Assembly (NCBI GenBank): GCA_030141605.1
Contig: JAQGDQ010000241.1
Span: forward strand, 124,001 to 188,000
Length of the DNA: 64,000 nt
Direction: 5' to 3'
From: Tubiluchus corallicola
Lineage: Eukaryota > Animalia > Priapulida
Part shown: positions 22,838 to 34,900 of the stretch, piece after piece
Numbering within the stretch: position 1 is the stretch's first letter
How the letters are laid out: each line of letters opens with the position of its first letter
Position numbers and translations under genes: made by a program
Notes under the pieces: generated by a model
What the model saw: the letters and a program-made list of their open reading frames with translations, nothing else
Database searches by the model: none
Told to the model about the DNA's origin: nothing

Positions 22838-23062
22838 CACTGATCTTTTCTTTTCATAATACATTATATTCACAGTAATTGAACCGGCTTCACAGATTCG
22901 ACTCGTGAGCTAGTTCTCGTTATTCAACTTCAGTAATGACGAAGGGCAATCTTATTTTTCTTCCAGCTTTTTCCCTTTTCTTTCCCCTTCGCCAGAGTAC
23001 CCAAATGCCCAATGCAAAATTAATTTTCTGTAATTTTTTTACATAGACTCTGTTAATACAAA

Positions 23063-26000
23063 ATGCCAGAACCAGATGAATTAGCAATTACAGAACCAGC
23101 GCACGGAAGTATGGGATTCAATCTAAACGGAGATAGGATTACCTTCTTTGCTGTGGTAAGACAATCGTGTAGCAATTATCATTGATAATGTGATGCTCCG
23201 GGTTGCCTGATGTGTGTCGAATCTCTAAACTCCCCACCTTCACAACCTATTATATGTATAATTTGTAAATATCAGAACTCTCCCAGACATTTTTAAATGT
23301 GCAGGCCCGTGTGTTATCTTTCATATGTACATGTTTTTTAATTAATTAATTTTAGCCCCAAACTCTCATTTATTTATTTCTTAACATTCACTGTGTGCAA
23401 ACTAACTTTATCGATATTTTTATGTCTTAAATAAAAGTGAAACGTAAAAAAATGGAAAACTGACATTTTCGTATTACGGTTTACTAATCCAAAGATGTTT
23501 TTTCGTCCCTGGGACATCTTTAAAGTAACCAAAAAATACCTGACATGATAATGAGCGTTTAAAGAAAAATTATTCATTAATCAATCAATCAATCAGTCAG
23601 TCAGTTAGTCAGTCATTAATCATTACCATAATTGTGTTAAAACTATTAACACCAACTATAAAGAACGCATGACCGTTTATAACAATCACTCATCATGCTG
23701 TCAAATCAAAATGCATTTCACAAAAACAATGTATAATTTAAAAGAATTTAGCATGTAAAATTAAAACATTGTTTTTGTGAAATGCTGTCGTGAATTCACA
23801 GTATGCTTTGTGAAATTGGTAATATGTAACTGCTTACGTTTTCTTGACAGTTTATGACTTTATGTTGTTGTTTGGCATATAATTTAGTCCAATTATGTTA
23901 GGTGAATGAATACTGATTATATTTTCTTTTTATGTTAGGTGAATGAATACTGATTATATTTTCTTTTTAGACACATTTCTTTGTCATGTTAATATTGTTG
24001 TTACACTGAAGATGTACCAAGGGGCAATGTCTGGAGATTAATAAAGTGACTTTAGCTAACATCATAGCATCTGTCAGTGATTTTTCCTGATATAAGTACA
24101 AAACTTGTGACAAAATATTAACTGTGCTAGACAGGACAAGTATCTTGTTTATACTGGGCCCATTTTAGCTAAGCCAAGTAAGTAATAACATAAACAGTAA
24201 GACTTACTTGCAAATTATTTACCCTTAACCAAAGTCACTTTTGATTCATTAACATTCTATAGCTTATAAAGTCTACGCTGCAACAGACACAACTAGATTT
24301 TGTCAGTATAATTAAAGGGCATAAGTCGGTCTATATTTACAGTACATTTACAAATCAGTCTTCTTAACATTTACTACATTTAACAGGTACTTGTTGCCGC
24401 TGTAGCAATTGTGGCACTTGTTCTTGCAGCCGTCAGTTTGTCACAGGGCCCTGCTCAAGTCGCAATCAATGGAAGAGTGGTTGGGTCAGGTTTGGGTAAG
24501 TTGCTTGAAGCAAGTCAATTTTATTGTCTCATTGCATAACGCATTCACATAAAGTGCATATCATTTCTAACATTTCACACAACTCGTTCTAGTTTTACTC
24601 ATCCAGTCTTGCTATGAAGCGAGTAAATTCGTCATCTTGGGGGACGAGTAACCTGAAAGTTATATTAATTGAAGTTACAAATTATATAGTCAGAAAACTA
24701 TATAGTAACTATTTTATTTTTTACACCATCACAAGTCACTTTTGCTTAGATGGCGTCTTCATTTCAAACACTTGTGTACAGTGAAATGCATTTAGGGGTT
24801 AAAAATAATAATGAGCAAATATCTGTGACAGCATTTCTCGCGAAATGTGGTAGAAAATGGGTGTGGCAGGTTAAAGGACAGCGTTTCTGTTTCTGTAAAT
24901 CTGATTGTTATAAGAACATTGGTGTAGCAGGTTAAAGGACAACATTTCAGTCACTGTAAATCTAACTGTTATGAGAGCATAGGTGTAGCAGGTTAAAGGA
25001 CAACATTTCAGTTACTGTAACTCTGATTGTTATGAGAACATATGTGCAGCAGGTTAAAGGACAACATTTCAGTTACTGTAAATCTGATTGTTATGAGAAC
25101 ATAGGTGTAGCAGGTTAAAGGACAACATTTCAGTCACTGTAAATCTAACTGTTATGAGAACATAGGTTTAGCAGGTTAAAGGACAACATTTCAGTCACTG
25201 TAAATCTAACTGTTATGAGAGCATAGGTGTAGCAGGTTAATGGACAACATTTCAGTTACTGTAAATCTGATTGTTATGTGAACAGAAGTGTAGCAGGTTA
25301 AAGGACAACATTTTTAGTTACTGTAAATTTGATTGATATGAGATACGTTGCTCGGTTACAATAGAACGTTTATATTGACAGTAGCAATCATTATAGTTCC
25401 ATAACCTGAAAAACGTGTAGACTAAAAATGATGTTAACATATATTTGTTTCCTATGCATCTACACTAATTTGTTCTTGTTTTTTTTGAAAGCGAGTAACA
25501 ACAATGGCGGGTCTTATATGGCTAACGCAAGTCCAAAAAACAAAATATGGATGTTTGCCATAGGCCATGATTTCTCACCTTACGAATATCAGTAAGTGTA
25601 ATTTATGGTATATTTTATGTCCAATACACTTCATGTTGCATAAATATTGTACTGCAGGGCTGTGATGAGGTTGTGTAATACTGGCAGGAGAATACAGCAG
25701 ACTTCTCAGGTGTGCGTGTGAACGTGGCTTTAACTAGCACATAGACTCTTATTCTGACCTTGTGTTAGTGGGAGCCACTAGTCACGTGCACATCTGAGCT
25801 TATAAAAAGGGTAGGTCTGCTGTGGATCCTTGTCAGTGGTCAGTGGTCGTCTCATCTCATCTCATCTCAGCTCTGTTCGCACTTCAGGCTTTGCTCCATT
25901 CGGTAAGCTATTTGAAACTTTTTGTTTTGGTAATAAATCGTCATTTTTATTTTATTCATTTTGGTTTTGGTTTTTGAGACATGCCGCACAGTGTAGGCCG

Positions 26001-28547
26001 CGGTGCTATCCGTTCTGCCTCCACTAAAAGCGGAGTCCAATATACAGTAATATTAACACTGAAAAATTTCTAGAAACAACCTGCTTTCAGTACATTGCTT
26101 TATCTGATCATACTTTCTATATTCACAGAAATAGTCAAGGATACACAGATGGTTTTAATGTTGAATTAATTAGCGAAGTTTGCCGAGAAGCTGGAGTCAC
26201 CTGTCATCTTGTTTATGATGACTACAACAACTGCTGGAATGGAAATCCGGGAAAACATCCAATTCCGGGACCAGGTAAATCAAAATCCGGAAATCCGGGA
26301 TCTCAAAAGTATGCTGCTATGTACCTATTACCTATTACTGTAGGCACGAAAACTTTACTGTATTTTGCTAAAGATATACTTGTTATGTTTCTTTATTCGT
26401 CTTAAATTTCAGGATTATTTGGCGGCTGGTATGACGCCTGTACAGGGTGGTCACAACAAGCATCCCGTTTAAACAGCGTGAAATTTTCTAATGCCTGGAC
26501 TACACCAGGAAAAGCACAGTTTATTGTGCGAAGTGGAAATGCTAACAATATAAAGCAAGGTTCTGGGTATGATCTCACAGGTCGTAAGATTGGTAGGTAA
26601 ATCATCCTATTTATTTTTTAACATAATTTCGCATGGTCAAAAGTCTCAAAGCAGTAGTCAACTATATACTATAATAAGTAGTCAACTACCTCCCAATAAG
26701 TGAGCCTGTATAAATGTGGCAATTGTATGCTCTGTATGATAATGGTGGAGTTATAAGTAGCACTGCCCATCATTCATTAGGATGAAAGTCTCTGTGGTGA
26801 AAATTCATTAGAGTTGGAAAGAAGCCAAATTTTCATTGTAACAGGATAGGTTAGGAAATCTGTACGGAAGCATGAGAAATATCAGTATTTTACATGAGTG
26901 ATTATAAGCAGAAACTCGATTCAAGTTTCGATCTCCGAAATGGGTTTTCATTGTGATTCCTATAATGTGAGTAGCTTTTTTGTGATACTGATTTCGTAAA
27001 AGTCACTTACAAAAAAGGAAGGGAAGGTGTACCACAAAACATCTTTTGAAGAACAAATTCTCGTTTCGCTTCATTTATCGATTTTTTTCAAATCCTTTGT
27101 ACCGATATTTATATGAAAAGTTGTTTTGTAGGTTTCTTGGATGGCTGGGTTTCAGACGAACATTGTGTGGCAAGGCAACCAAACATACGAGGCAACATGT
27201 TGGCCAATAACCAAATTTTCCATTACAAGACCCAAGCTGATGCCTATGAAGCTTTAAAGACTGGCGCGGTAACTGTGTAAAAAATTACGTAGTTATAGTT
27301 AATAATTGCCAAAAAATTTGCATAATAGCTTGTTAGAATTTTCGCACATATACTAAAGTTATTATTGTGAAACAAACCTTATTAGAACCCATATCTGTTA
27401 CAGCACGTGTACTCACTACCCTGTGTATGTGACCATGTATGCCGTATTTTTACGTACTGCACACTGCAAATTTGAATCCAGCACACAATGCAGGACCTAA
27501 TTAACACGGATGTTTGTAAAAGTGTCCTTGCCACAATCATCCACATTAATTAAGTACCTACCGGAAGCGGAACAGACGAGCATTGTAGACACAAAACGGA
27601 AACACAGAACTGCTAGAAGTATCTTACCCACGTTCAGATGCAAATGCATTTTTATATTTAGATTTATTTATTCATCCATTTAGCACAATACTACAAAATA
27701 CAAATTGTACAATTACAAATTGACAATGCTTTGCAGCGGTTATGAGCATAGCAGAAGAAATTAACTTATAAGCTATGCAAGTAGCTTATCATGCACGCTC
27801 ATTAAAAAATAGACAAAAGCAGGGTGGTACATGATGAATTGTCCAGGTACAGTGTTCCCATTAGTCACCCAACCATTTAGCGACCAGGCCATCTATTTAC
27901 TACATACAAATAGTCGGCAAATAAATTTCCCTCAGGATGGAGTTGCACGTGTGCCATAGCCCCAAGTACGTGTTTGTGTCCATTTAAAATGTCGATGCGA
28001 ATTTAAAATTCTACTTAAACAACAAGACTTTAAACTTCATTACAGATTGATGCACTGTTTCACGGTGCTAATGCTATTCTGGATCAAGGGCTAGAAAGCG
28101 CGGGTCAAGACTTGCAATCCTGCATGGAGGATGGATTAAGCATGATGCTGAAAAAGGACAGCAATTTAGCATCGTGGTTTAATCCCGCTCTTGCTTCAAT
28201 CAGAGAAAAAGGAATTTATCAAAGAATATGCAAGGAAGCACCAATGAAACATGGTATAAAATTACTTATATCGATGAAGTAATACGTTTTGATGGTGATT
28301 CTTAATTTGAAAAGGAGGCACGCGACTAAATGTGCAAACCCCCCTTTTATAAATGATGCAAACCATAGTAATTACTGCATAGTTCAACAAAAATTCTTTT
28401 AAACAAAATAAATGTTGTTTTACAGCACTAAACATGTGCAATTCTTTAATAACTACTGTGACACTATGAATTTTATATCGTCATCATGATCTATTTTTTG
28501 TTTTTCTTTTAGCTGGAAATGAAGTCAAAATCAGATGCCTTGACTAA
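23063..28547 (+). CDS. Membrane-anchored family-3 solute-binding-protein homologue, paralogue 2, 335 aa
   Basis: Exons 23063-23155, 24387-24495, 25492-25591, 26129-26274, 26413-26592, 27132-27268, 28046-28253, 28513-28547; intron positions and phases identical to paralogue 1; open frame of 1008 nt. MPEPDELAITEPAHG..TM..KIWMFAIGHDFSPYEYQ..VCREAGVTC..GWSQQASRLNSVKFS..KIGFLDGW..IDALFHG..MMLKKDS..IRCLD*. Confidence 0.88.
23893..23968. repeat. 38-bp perfect tandem duplication
   Basis: tatgttaggtgaatgaatactgattatattttcttttt twice. Confidence 0.85.
24860..25342. repeat. Minisatellite, ~61-bp unit x ~8
   Basis: Unit gtagcaggttaaaggacaacatttcagttactgtaaatctgattgttatgagaacataggt repeated head to tail with no spacers, in intron 2 of paralogue 2. 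Confidence 0.92.
25674..26046 (+). mobile_element. Possible solo LTR
   Basis: GC-richer ~370-bp block bounded by TGTAATA...TATACA, with TATAAAA at 25801 and AATAAA at 25932; no clear target-site duplication. Confidence 0.4.
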
Positions 28548-28719
28548 AAGTTTCTAACTGGAAGGCGATTTACAGTTAAAAGCTCAGTAGGACGATTTGT
28601 AAACATCTCACGTGTCTTAATTAAAATGATTAAAATAACAGGAGATTATTATACTGTACATTCATATACATTAAAAAGATGTGGACTAGCAACGTTTATA
28701 ATTTTGTTAGATATATGTA

Positions 28720-29506
28720 CCAGGTGACCCAAAAATGTGCCGCAGTTTTAATCTCAAAATTATAAGTAGAAAATACCGGAAACGCTTGAAAATTACCACG
28801 CTGACACGCTGATGTTACGAACGGTTATGACTGAATATTAAAAAATTTAGGCCCTTACGTTAGATTTTAATAAAAAGAGGCGGAAGTTTTAAAGCAATAA
28901 GGCAAAAAAAATGCCGTGAAAGTTGTAAAATATTGTTGCAAAATATTGTTAAAATTTAGGCATAACACAAGTGCTCTATGATTTTACTTCTTCCGTGCAC
29001 CTGAACGAAGGCGTTTCTTCCGACACCTGACACAGTTCCTCACTTATTCAAAGAGTATTTGGTTCCAACATTTAACAATTTTTGTCTTTAGTTCTCTACG
29101 CCAAATGACTCTGTGCGTCCATCATACACTGTCTCTTTAAGAGAATTCCAGACAACATAATGCAGAGAATTTAGTACAATTTTTAGACAAGTCTTAATTA
29201 GTGCTTTATTTTCCGTGGTGAAGACCATGATGTAAACTGGTTGATTTCTTTATTGTTTTACTGCTATGTATATTCAGTGTTTTGGTTTCCAAGGTAGCTG
29301 TTTTTCTATTGACGATTAGATGGCATTGTTCCGGTGTCAAAAGTTCTTCAGAAATAAGCTAAAAACTACTTAAATCATAAACTTGTAATTTTCGCAGCCA
29401 ATGGCTAATGTATTGTATTATCACACAGTGAAAACTCAACTTTGTAGATGCGTGCTTCTGGCATTATTGTAGTCTAGGCTTTTGCACATTTTTTCTGCGC
29501 CACCGG
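28720..29506. mobile_element. Tc1/mariner-like non-autonomous DNA element
   Basis: Imperfect TIRs ccaggtgacccaaaaatgtgc / gcacattttttctgcgccaccgg, with TA-rich (atatatgt) flanks on both sides. Confidence 0.5.
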
Positions 29507-30389
29507 ATATATGTGAAATTAGAGTACAGCTGGCCTGAAAAAGATAATGTTATTAACAATTATTTAGTCATCGTAATTTTATTGCAGTTTGTTAATGTAA
29601 GAGAACCGTTTCACAGTAGGCTATGTTTTGATAATTCTGTTGAGTTACCAACTTTCCACGTGTCACAGATATAGGATTGCATTTTGTTTATAAATTCAAA
29701 ATGCGCAATGTAGCTACGGCAAATAGAGTGGATTTACAGTAGACAGTAGATCTGTAAGACCAATTTATGGAAGATTATGGCTAGCAATACTTTTGTAACA
29801 TTGACTAAATGTTGCGCCTTTTTATTTCCCGACTTATTAGTATATGTGTGCACTGTATTTCGCGTTAAAGCATTGTAACAATTTTGGCTATTACGATGCA
29901 ACTCAGTGTGAGCTCGAGAGAAAAAACAATTTACACTATCAAAATGTAATAAGAAATCACCTTTGTGTAGATTTGTAGATAAGTAGATTAGTTACATATT
30001 AATAAATAAATAAGTTTTGTAATGTTTCTGAGTTCCAAACTTCACTTAACAATTATACCACACCTGTATTTTGGAAGCCGGATCACATCTAGCTCCGTAT
30101 CGGGAGCTTGTTTTAGGAAAAAAATCGCAGGCTAGTGTGTGTAACGTCAGTACTATACCAGATAACTGAGTCAGTAAATTTTGTAACAGAGTTCAGTAAT
30201 AACCAATGAATTAAAATTAATTTTCTACCATGTGGAATAATGTGGACTTCGCCTGGAAGGTCATAGTTTTTTAACATTGGAACAATTGAAGAAAGTGCTT
30301 GTTGAAGATCTACTACCAGTTACTTCTGCTGAACGGGTAAAAAATTTCTTTTTCTGCCAATCACACTATGTGATAGAAAATGTATCCAT

Positions 30390-31130
30390 ATTTGAATGGA
30401 TGCCAGTTACTAGTGGAATTCCTCAAGGCGCGTATTAGGGTCAATGGTGATCAAATTTTGGAAATGCAATTCCTAGCGTAAAAACAAGCCTGAATATGAA
30501 AATATGTGAATCAATCATAAACGCGTAGCAAAGGGATTAAAAAGTGGTCAGAAAAGTACTCATGTAGGTATTTAAAATTCTTCATATGTGCACCAACATC
30601 AGAGAAAACAATCCTGTTGAAGTACAGGAAAACAGCATTTCTCGCTGGTAAGCATATCAAGTTTTAAAAGCACGTAGCAGCTACCTCAAAAAGGGCCTTT
30701 ACATAGTTAAGTAAAGAAAATGCTACACAACACTGTACTGCTTTCTCGTCCGGCTCATTTTAGAATAGAGTTTTTTATTGTGTTAAAAATATTGAAGTCT
30801 TCAAAACCAGCACGGACAGCTTCAGAAAACCACACCTCTGGTAGACACTGCAAAACAATTGGACAGTCATATAAGTCCAAAAGTTTAAACATTTGCTACA
30901 CCATTATAGAGAGAATGACACAGTAGAAGTGTGCAAAATTTGTAAGGGGTGGTACATATTTCTTCAGTTATAGGTACTCTACACGCCAGATAATCCAGCT
31001 ATAAGATACAGTTTAAAGCTGGTAAAAGAAGGATCGGATTGGATGGTTGCGAGAACTTTTTCTCCTTGACATTGGTCATATGCCTAGTGAGGTTGTAAAC
31101 AATTAACAATTTTAAGAAGCTAGACAGGGT
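30390..31130 (+). mobile_element. Fragmented CR1-like LINE remnants
   Basis: 30394-30440 translates EWMPVTSGIPQG..VLG (RT motif). 30900-31125 resembles a CR1 C-terminus (..YSLKLVK....NFFS...PSEVV...FKKLD). Confidence 0.55.
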
Positions 31131-31943
31131 ACGGTACTTTTGACATTATGGTCTTCGAACCATACTACATAGTATTCCATCAGACACTAAACATATTCGA
31201 GTATCAAAGGAAAACTTTAACTGATGACATTTTATTAATCATAAAATGATTGACGTGACGTAATAAAACACGACATTCTTCGCTATAAGTTTAGACAAAT
31301 ACCGGTTATTCATGGTTGCCCAAAGCTAGCCAAGGAATGCAGTATAGACAAGCAGAGTTTCCACAATTCAATTTAACGCTCTGAAATAATCCAAGATGAC
31401 AATGAACTGCAAGTGTTTGCGATGCATCCAGTATGCAAGCAGAGGCTAGCAAAACGTGAGTACTGGGCTTTAATCTTTAGGCAATTAGCAGCTTCATTAT
31501 CTAACTAATTACTTGAAATGTCGTAATTTTTGTGAACGCAAATGTGTACAAAACAATTGGTAAAGACGGTTGAGTAAGAAACATGACGTATGCATTACAA
31601 CCAAGCAAAGGTAATTTTAAAACGTGCGCTTTGTGATCTTATGCTTATTTTCAATCATAATAAATTTCACTATTGAATAAAGACTAGTAATTAATGGAAA
31701 ATAAGGCTATCAGTAACAGGCAGCTACTTTTGTCTGTGAACGCAACTTTTATGTGTAACTACACATACAGAATGTCATGTTACTTGTAGAAGTGATTAAG
31801 TCTAAAAACTAATGCACACCAGTAGCACACTGGGCATTTACTTTATACATGCCCAATACACGTTGGATATTGAAGTTAATGCTAAATTGGATAATGAACG
31901 CAATGCTAAATTGATTTTTGTAGCTGATCTATTGGTAGAGTAA

Positions 31944-34900
31944 ATGACTCAGCCAGACCAACTAGCCATTACAGAACCAGCACATGGAAAGATGGGATTC
32001 TGTGTAAAGGGAGATAGTGTTACCCTCGTTGCTGTGGTAATTCAATCTTGTAACTAATAACATTTGCTCAAATAAAAAAATTGTCACAGAAATGATTAAA
32101 TGTGCTAGACTGGGTAAGTTTCCTGCTAATGTTTAAGCAGCTTAATCTTATTTGATAAGTTATTGAAATGGGCAATAAATAAAATTAATAACGTTCACGG
32201 CAATATTTGGTTCCAAATTCTTTTACCCTAGGCAAACTCATGTTTGATTGTTTTCTATAAAATTTCGTTTTTTATAGAATCTTTGCTGCAGATAGTTAAA
32301 AGGTATAACAGTCGAAAAGTAAAAATGGACATATAAAACGCGAGAACTTGTTTTGTACAGCTCAAGTTGGTAGAACTGACAGTTGGTTCGTTGAATGTTA
32401 TGACCGAAGGCATGGTATCCAAAACTTTGTCTTGCGATCCTTCCAAATAAGATTGTTTGGTATTCCAGTCACGTTATTTGGTATTTTGAATCACCAAAGT
32501 AACTCATAGTCAGTTTATACAGGCAATTCAAAGCATCTATTATTAAAATCACACAACTTTTATTAAAAACTTTAATTTACAACTGTTTTAAAAACATGTC
32601 CAAAGATTTTGACAGCAATCAGCTGTCATCATCAGTGTCACACTATACAAACAACAACCAATTTATATAAGCAGAACCTACAGTACAGAAAATTATGCAC
32701 TAATTATATATTTTCAAAAAAGCCAATCGGGATAAAGCCAATGGCCAGAGATGCGTAAATCCACTTTTCTGGATCCGCAATTTGCAGAGTTCACAAGAAA
32801 TGGATTTGGCGTGGTTTACTGCCTTCTACTCTACTGGCATCCGCGACTCTGACATCTTTGCTAAAAAATAAAGATGCCTACGTTCTAACGATAATTTAAC
32901 TTAATTTGTGAGCATTTGTTTAGCGTGGATGGGAGGCTGCTAATGAGTGACTAGCGTGTGCTTGTTTTTGACTTGCACATGATCGAAAGCAATAGGCTGT
33001 TTCAAAGTTCGATCCGCAAAATAATAAGTTTGGTCCATGTCTCCTCCGCTGCGAGCAATATAAGTCAGGAGTCCACAGTTCTCAAGGGAATGCGGATCTG
33101 GGTTAATGCTCCGCTTACCTCTGCTGCTGGCTTATTGTAGCTACTTGGAAACCTCGCTCAGTTCGTGACACAAGCATGATCAAAAATGCTCCCGGGGCTC
33201 TCTTTTGAACAAAAATAAATCGCGTTTTTTTCGATTGCCTTAAAAATGCGCTGCTTTAAAAAGATCCTATAACACTTGCTCTAAGCTCCAAAATACTTTG
33301 AGGCCAATTAATCTTCACTTTATGACAGAACTGTTATACAATAACGAAAGAGCTTTTCTTTCTGTTTTAATTTGAGTAACATTAATAATTCCTCTGTAGA
33401 TTATCTGTTAGAACAGTAGGATAATATTACTGAACGCCAGTCTTTTTAACATTTACTACATTTAACAGGTAGTTGTTGCCGCTGTAGCAATTGTGGCACT
33501 TGTTCTTGCAGCCGTCAGTTTGTCGCAAGGTCCAGCTCAAGTCACAGTAAATGGAAGAGTGGGTGAATCAGGTGAGGGTACGTTACTTGAAGTAAGGCAA
33601 GTTACGTAATCTCAATGCATGAACCACATGGGGCACCTGACAAGTAATTAAAGGAAAACCGAACCCCATCTTGAACTACAACTCAAAAATCAGTCTACCC
33701 TATAAAATATTGAAAAAGGGCTTAAGGGCATAACATTTTTATATATATTGGTATACATATGGCTATACATATATATATATATCTAAAACAAGTTACATCA
33801 TACATAGAAATCTCTCTCTATCTGTGCGTGTGTTTGTGTGCATGCGTGCGTGCGTGCGTTTGTGTATGTGTGTGCGCTACTATGTCAATTTCTGTCCACT
33901 TCGTGCCCACTTATGACTTGTATTTTTGTCTTGATCATAAATCTAAGTACTAATAGCTATGCTCTACATGCTGCCACAAAATTTTTTTTTTGGGGGGGGG
34001 GCTCAAAATTTCCATTAACTGGTTATCATTTGGCTTCATCTACTTGACCATTGACCTCTGGTGACTGGTTGCACAACACAAGACAAATACATTTTGAATC
34101 TTGTCCTTTGTGCATTCTATTTAGGTTCTCAAACCTTTTGTGCTCAAATTTTGTATTAACTTATCTTGGCTCCCGACCTAAAGCAGATAACACACTGGGA
34201 TAATTGTAACGATAATTGCGCTATGAAAAGTTTATTTAAAGTAATGTAAAGTAATACAAAGTAAAGTAACGTAATGTGATCTAAAGTAACGTAATGTAAT
34301 GTAATGCAAAACATTGTATTGACCGTAATAATCATTATTATTTCGTGTATTTGAAAGTTACATTTCGTAAATTGAAATAGAAATTAACATTTCAAAAATA
34401 TACATCTATAGTAATTCAATTTTACCTGTGCAAGCGCTTTTTTGTAGTGTATGACAACAACAGGGCATCATATATGGCTAACACAAATCAAAGAAACAAA
34501 ATTTGGACGTTTGCTATAGGTCACGATGCTTCACCTTATGAATATCAGTAAGTATAATTTTATTAATGTTTTTTATGCAGCAACAATAACAGCAACAATA
34601 CTATCGACAATAATACGTTTCATTTTTAATTTAATTTAATTTAATTTTTTTCATAAGCCATAATTATATAAATCATACAGTGCAATGCGTCACAGAAAGT
34701 TATAGATATTTACAACAAAAATAATTTGAAAAAGCGAAATTATAATCATTTTTGTGTACATGTGATTACGATACAGATGTTGTCAGGAAACAATTGAGCG
34801 TAGTACAAAGCTATGTAGATATTATGCTTTTAAGTCTACTATTATTAACATCATTTTATTTCAACATTTCAACATTAATATTATTTCATTAAACAGTGTT

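Noticed and set aside
24860-25342. Regular repeat array resembling CRISPR
   Set aside because: Head-to-tail units with no unique spacers, no cas genes, inside a eukaryotic intron: a minisatellite
33601-33610. Perfect PAR-bZIP site GTTACGTAAT suggesting regulation by the neighbouring bZIP gene
   Set aside because: Single intronic hit, not conserved in the other paralogues, expected by chance in AT-rich DNA
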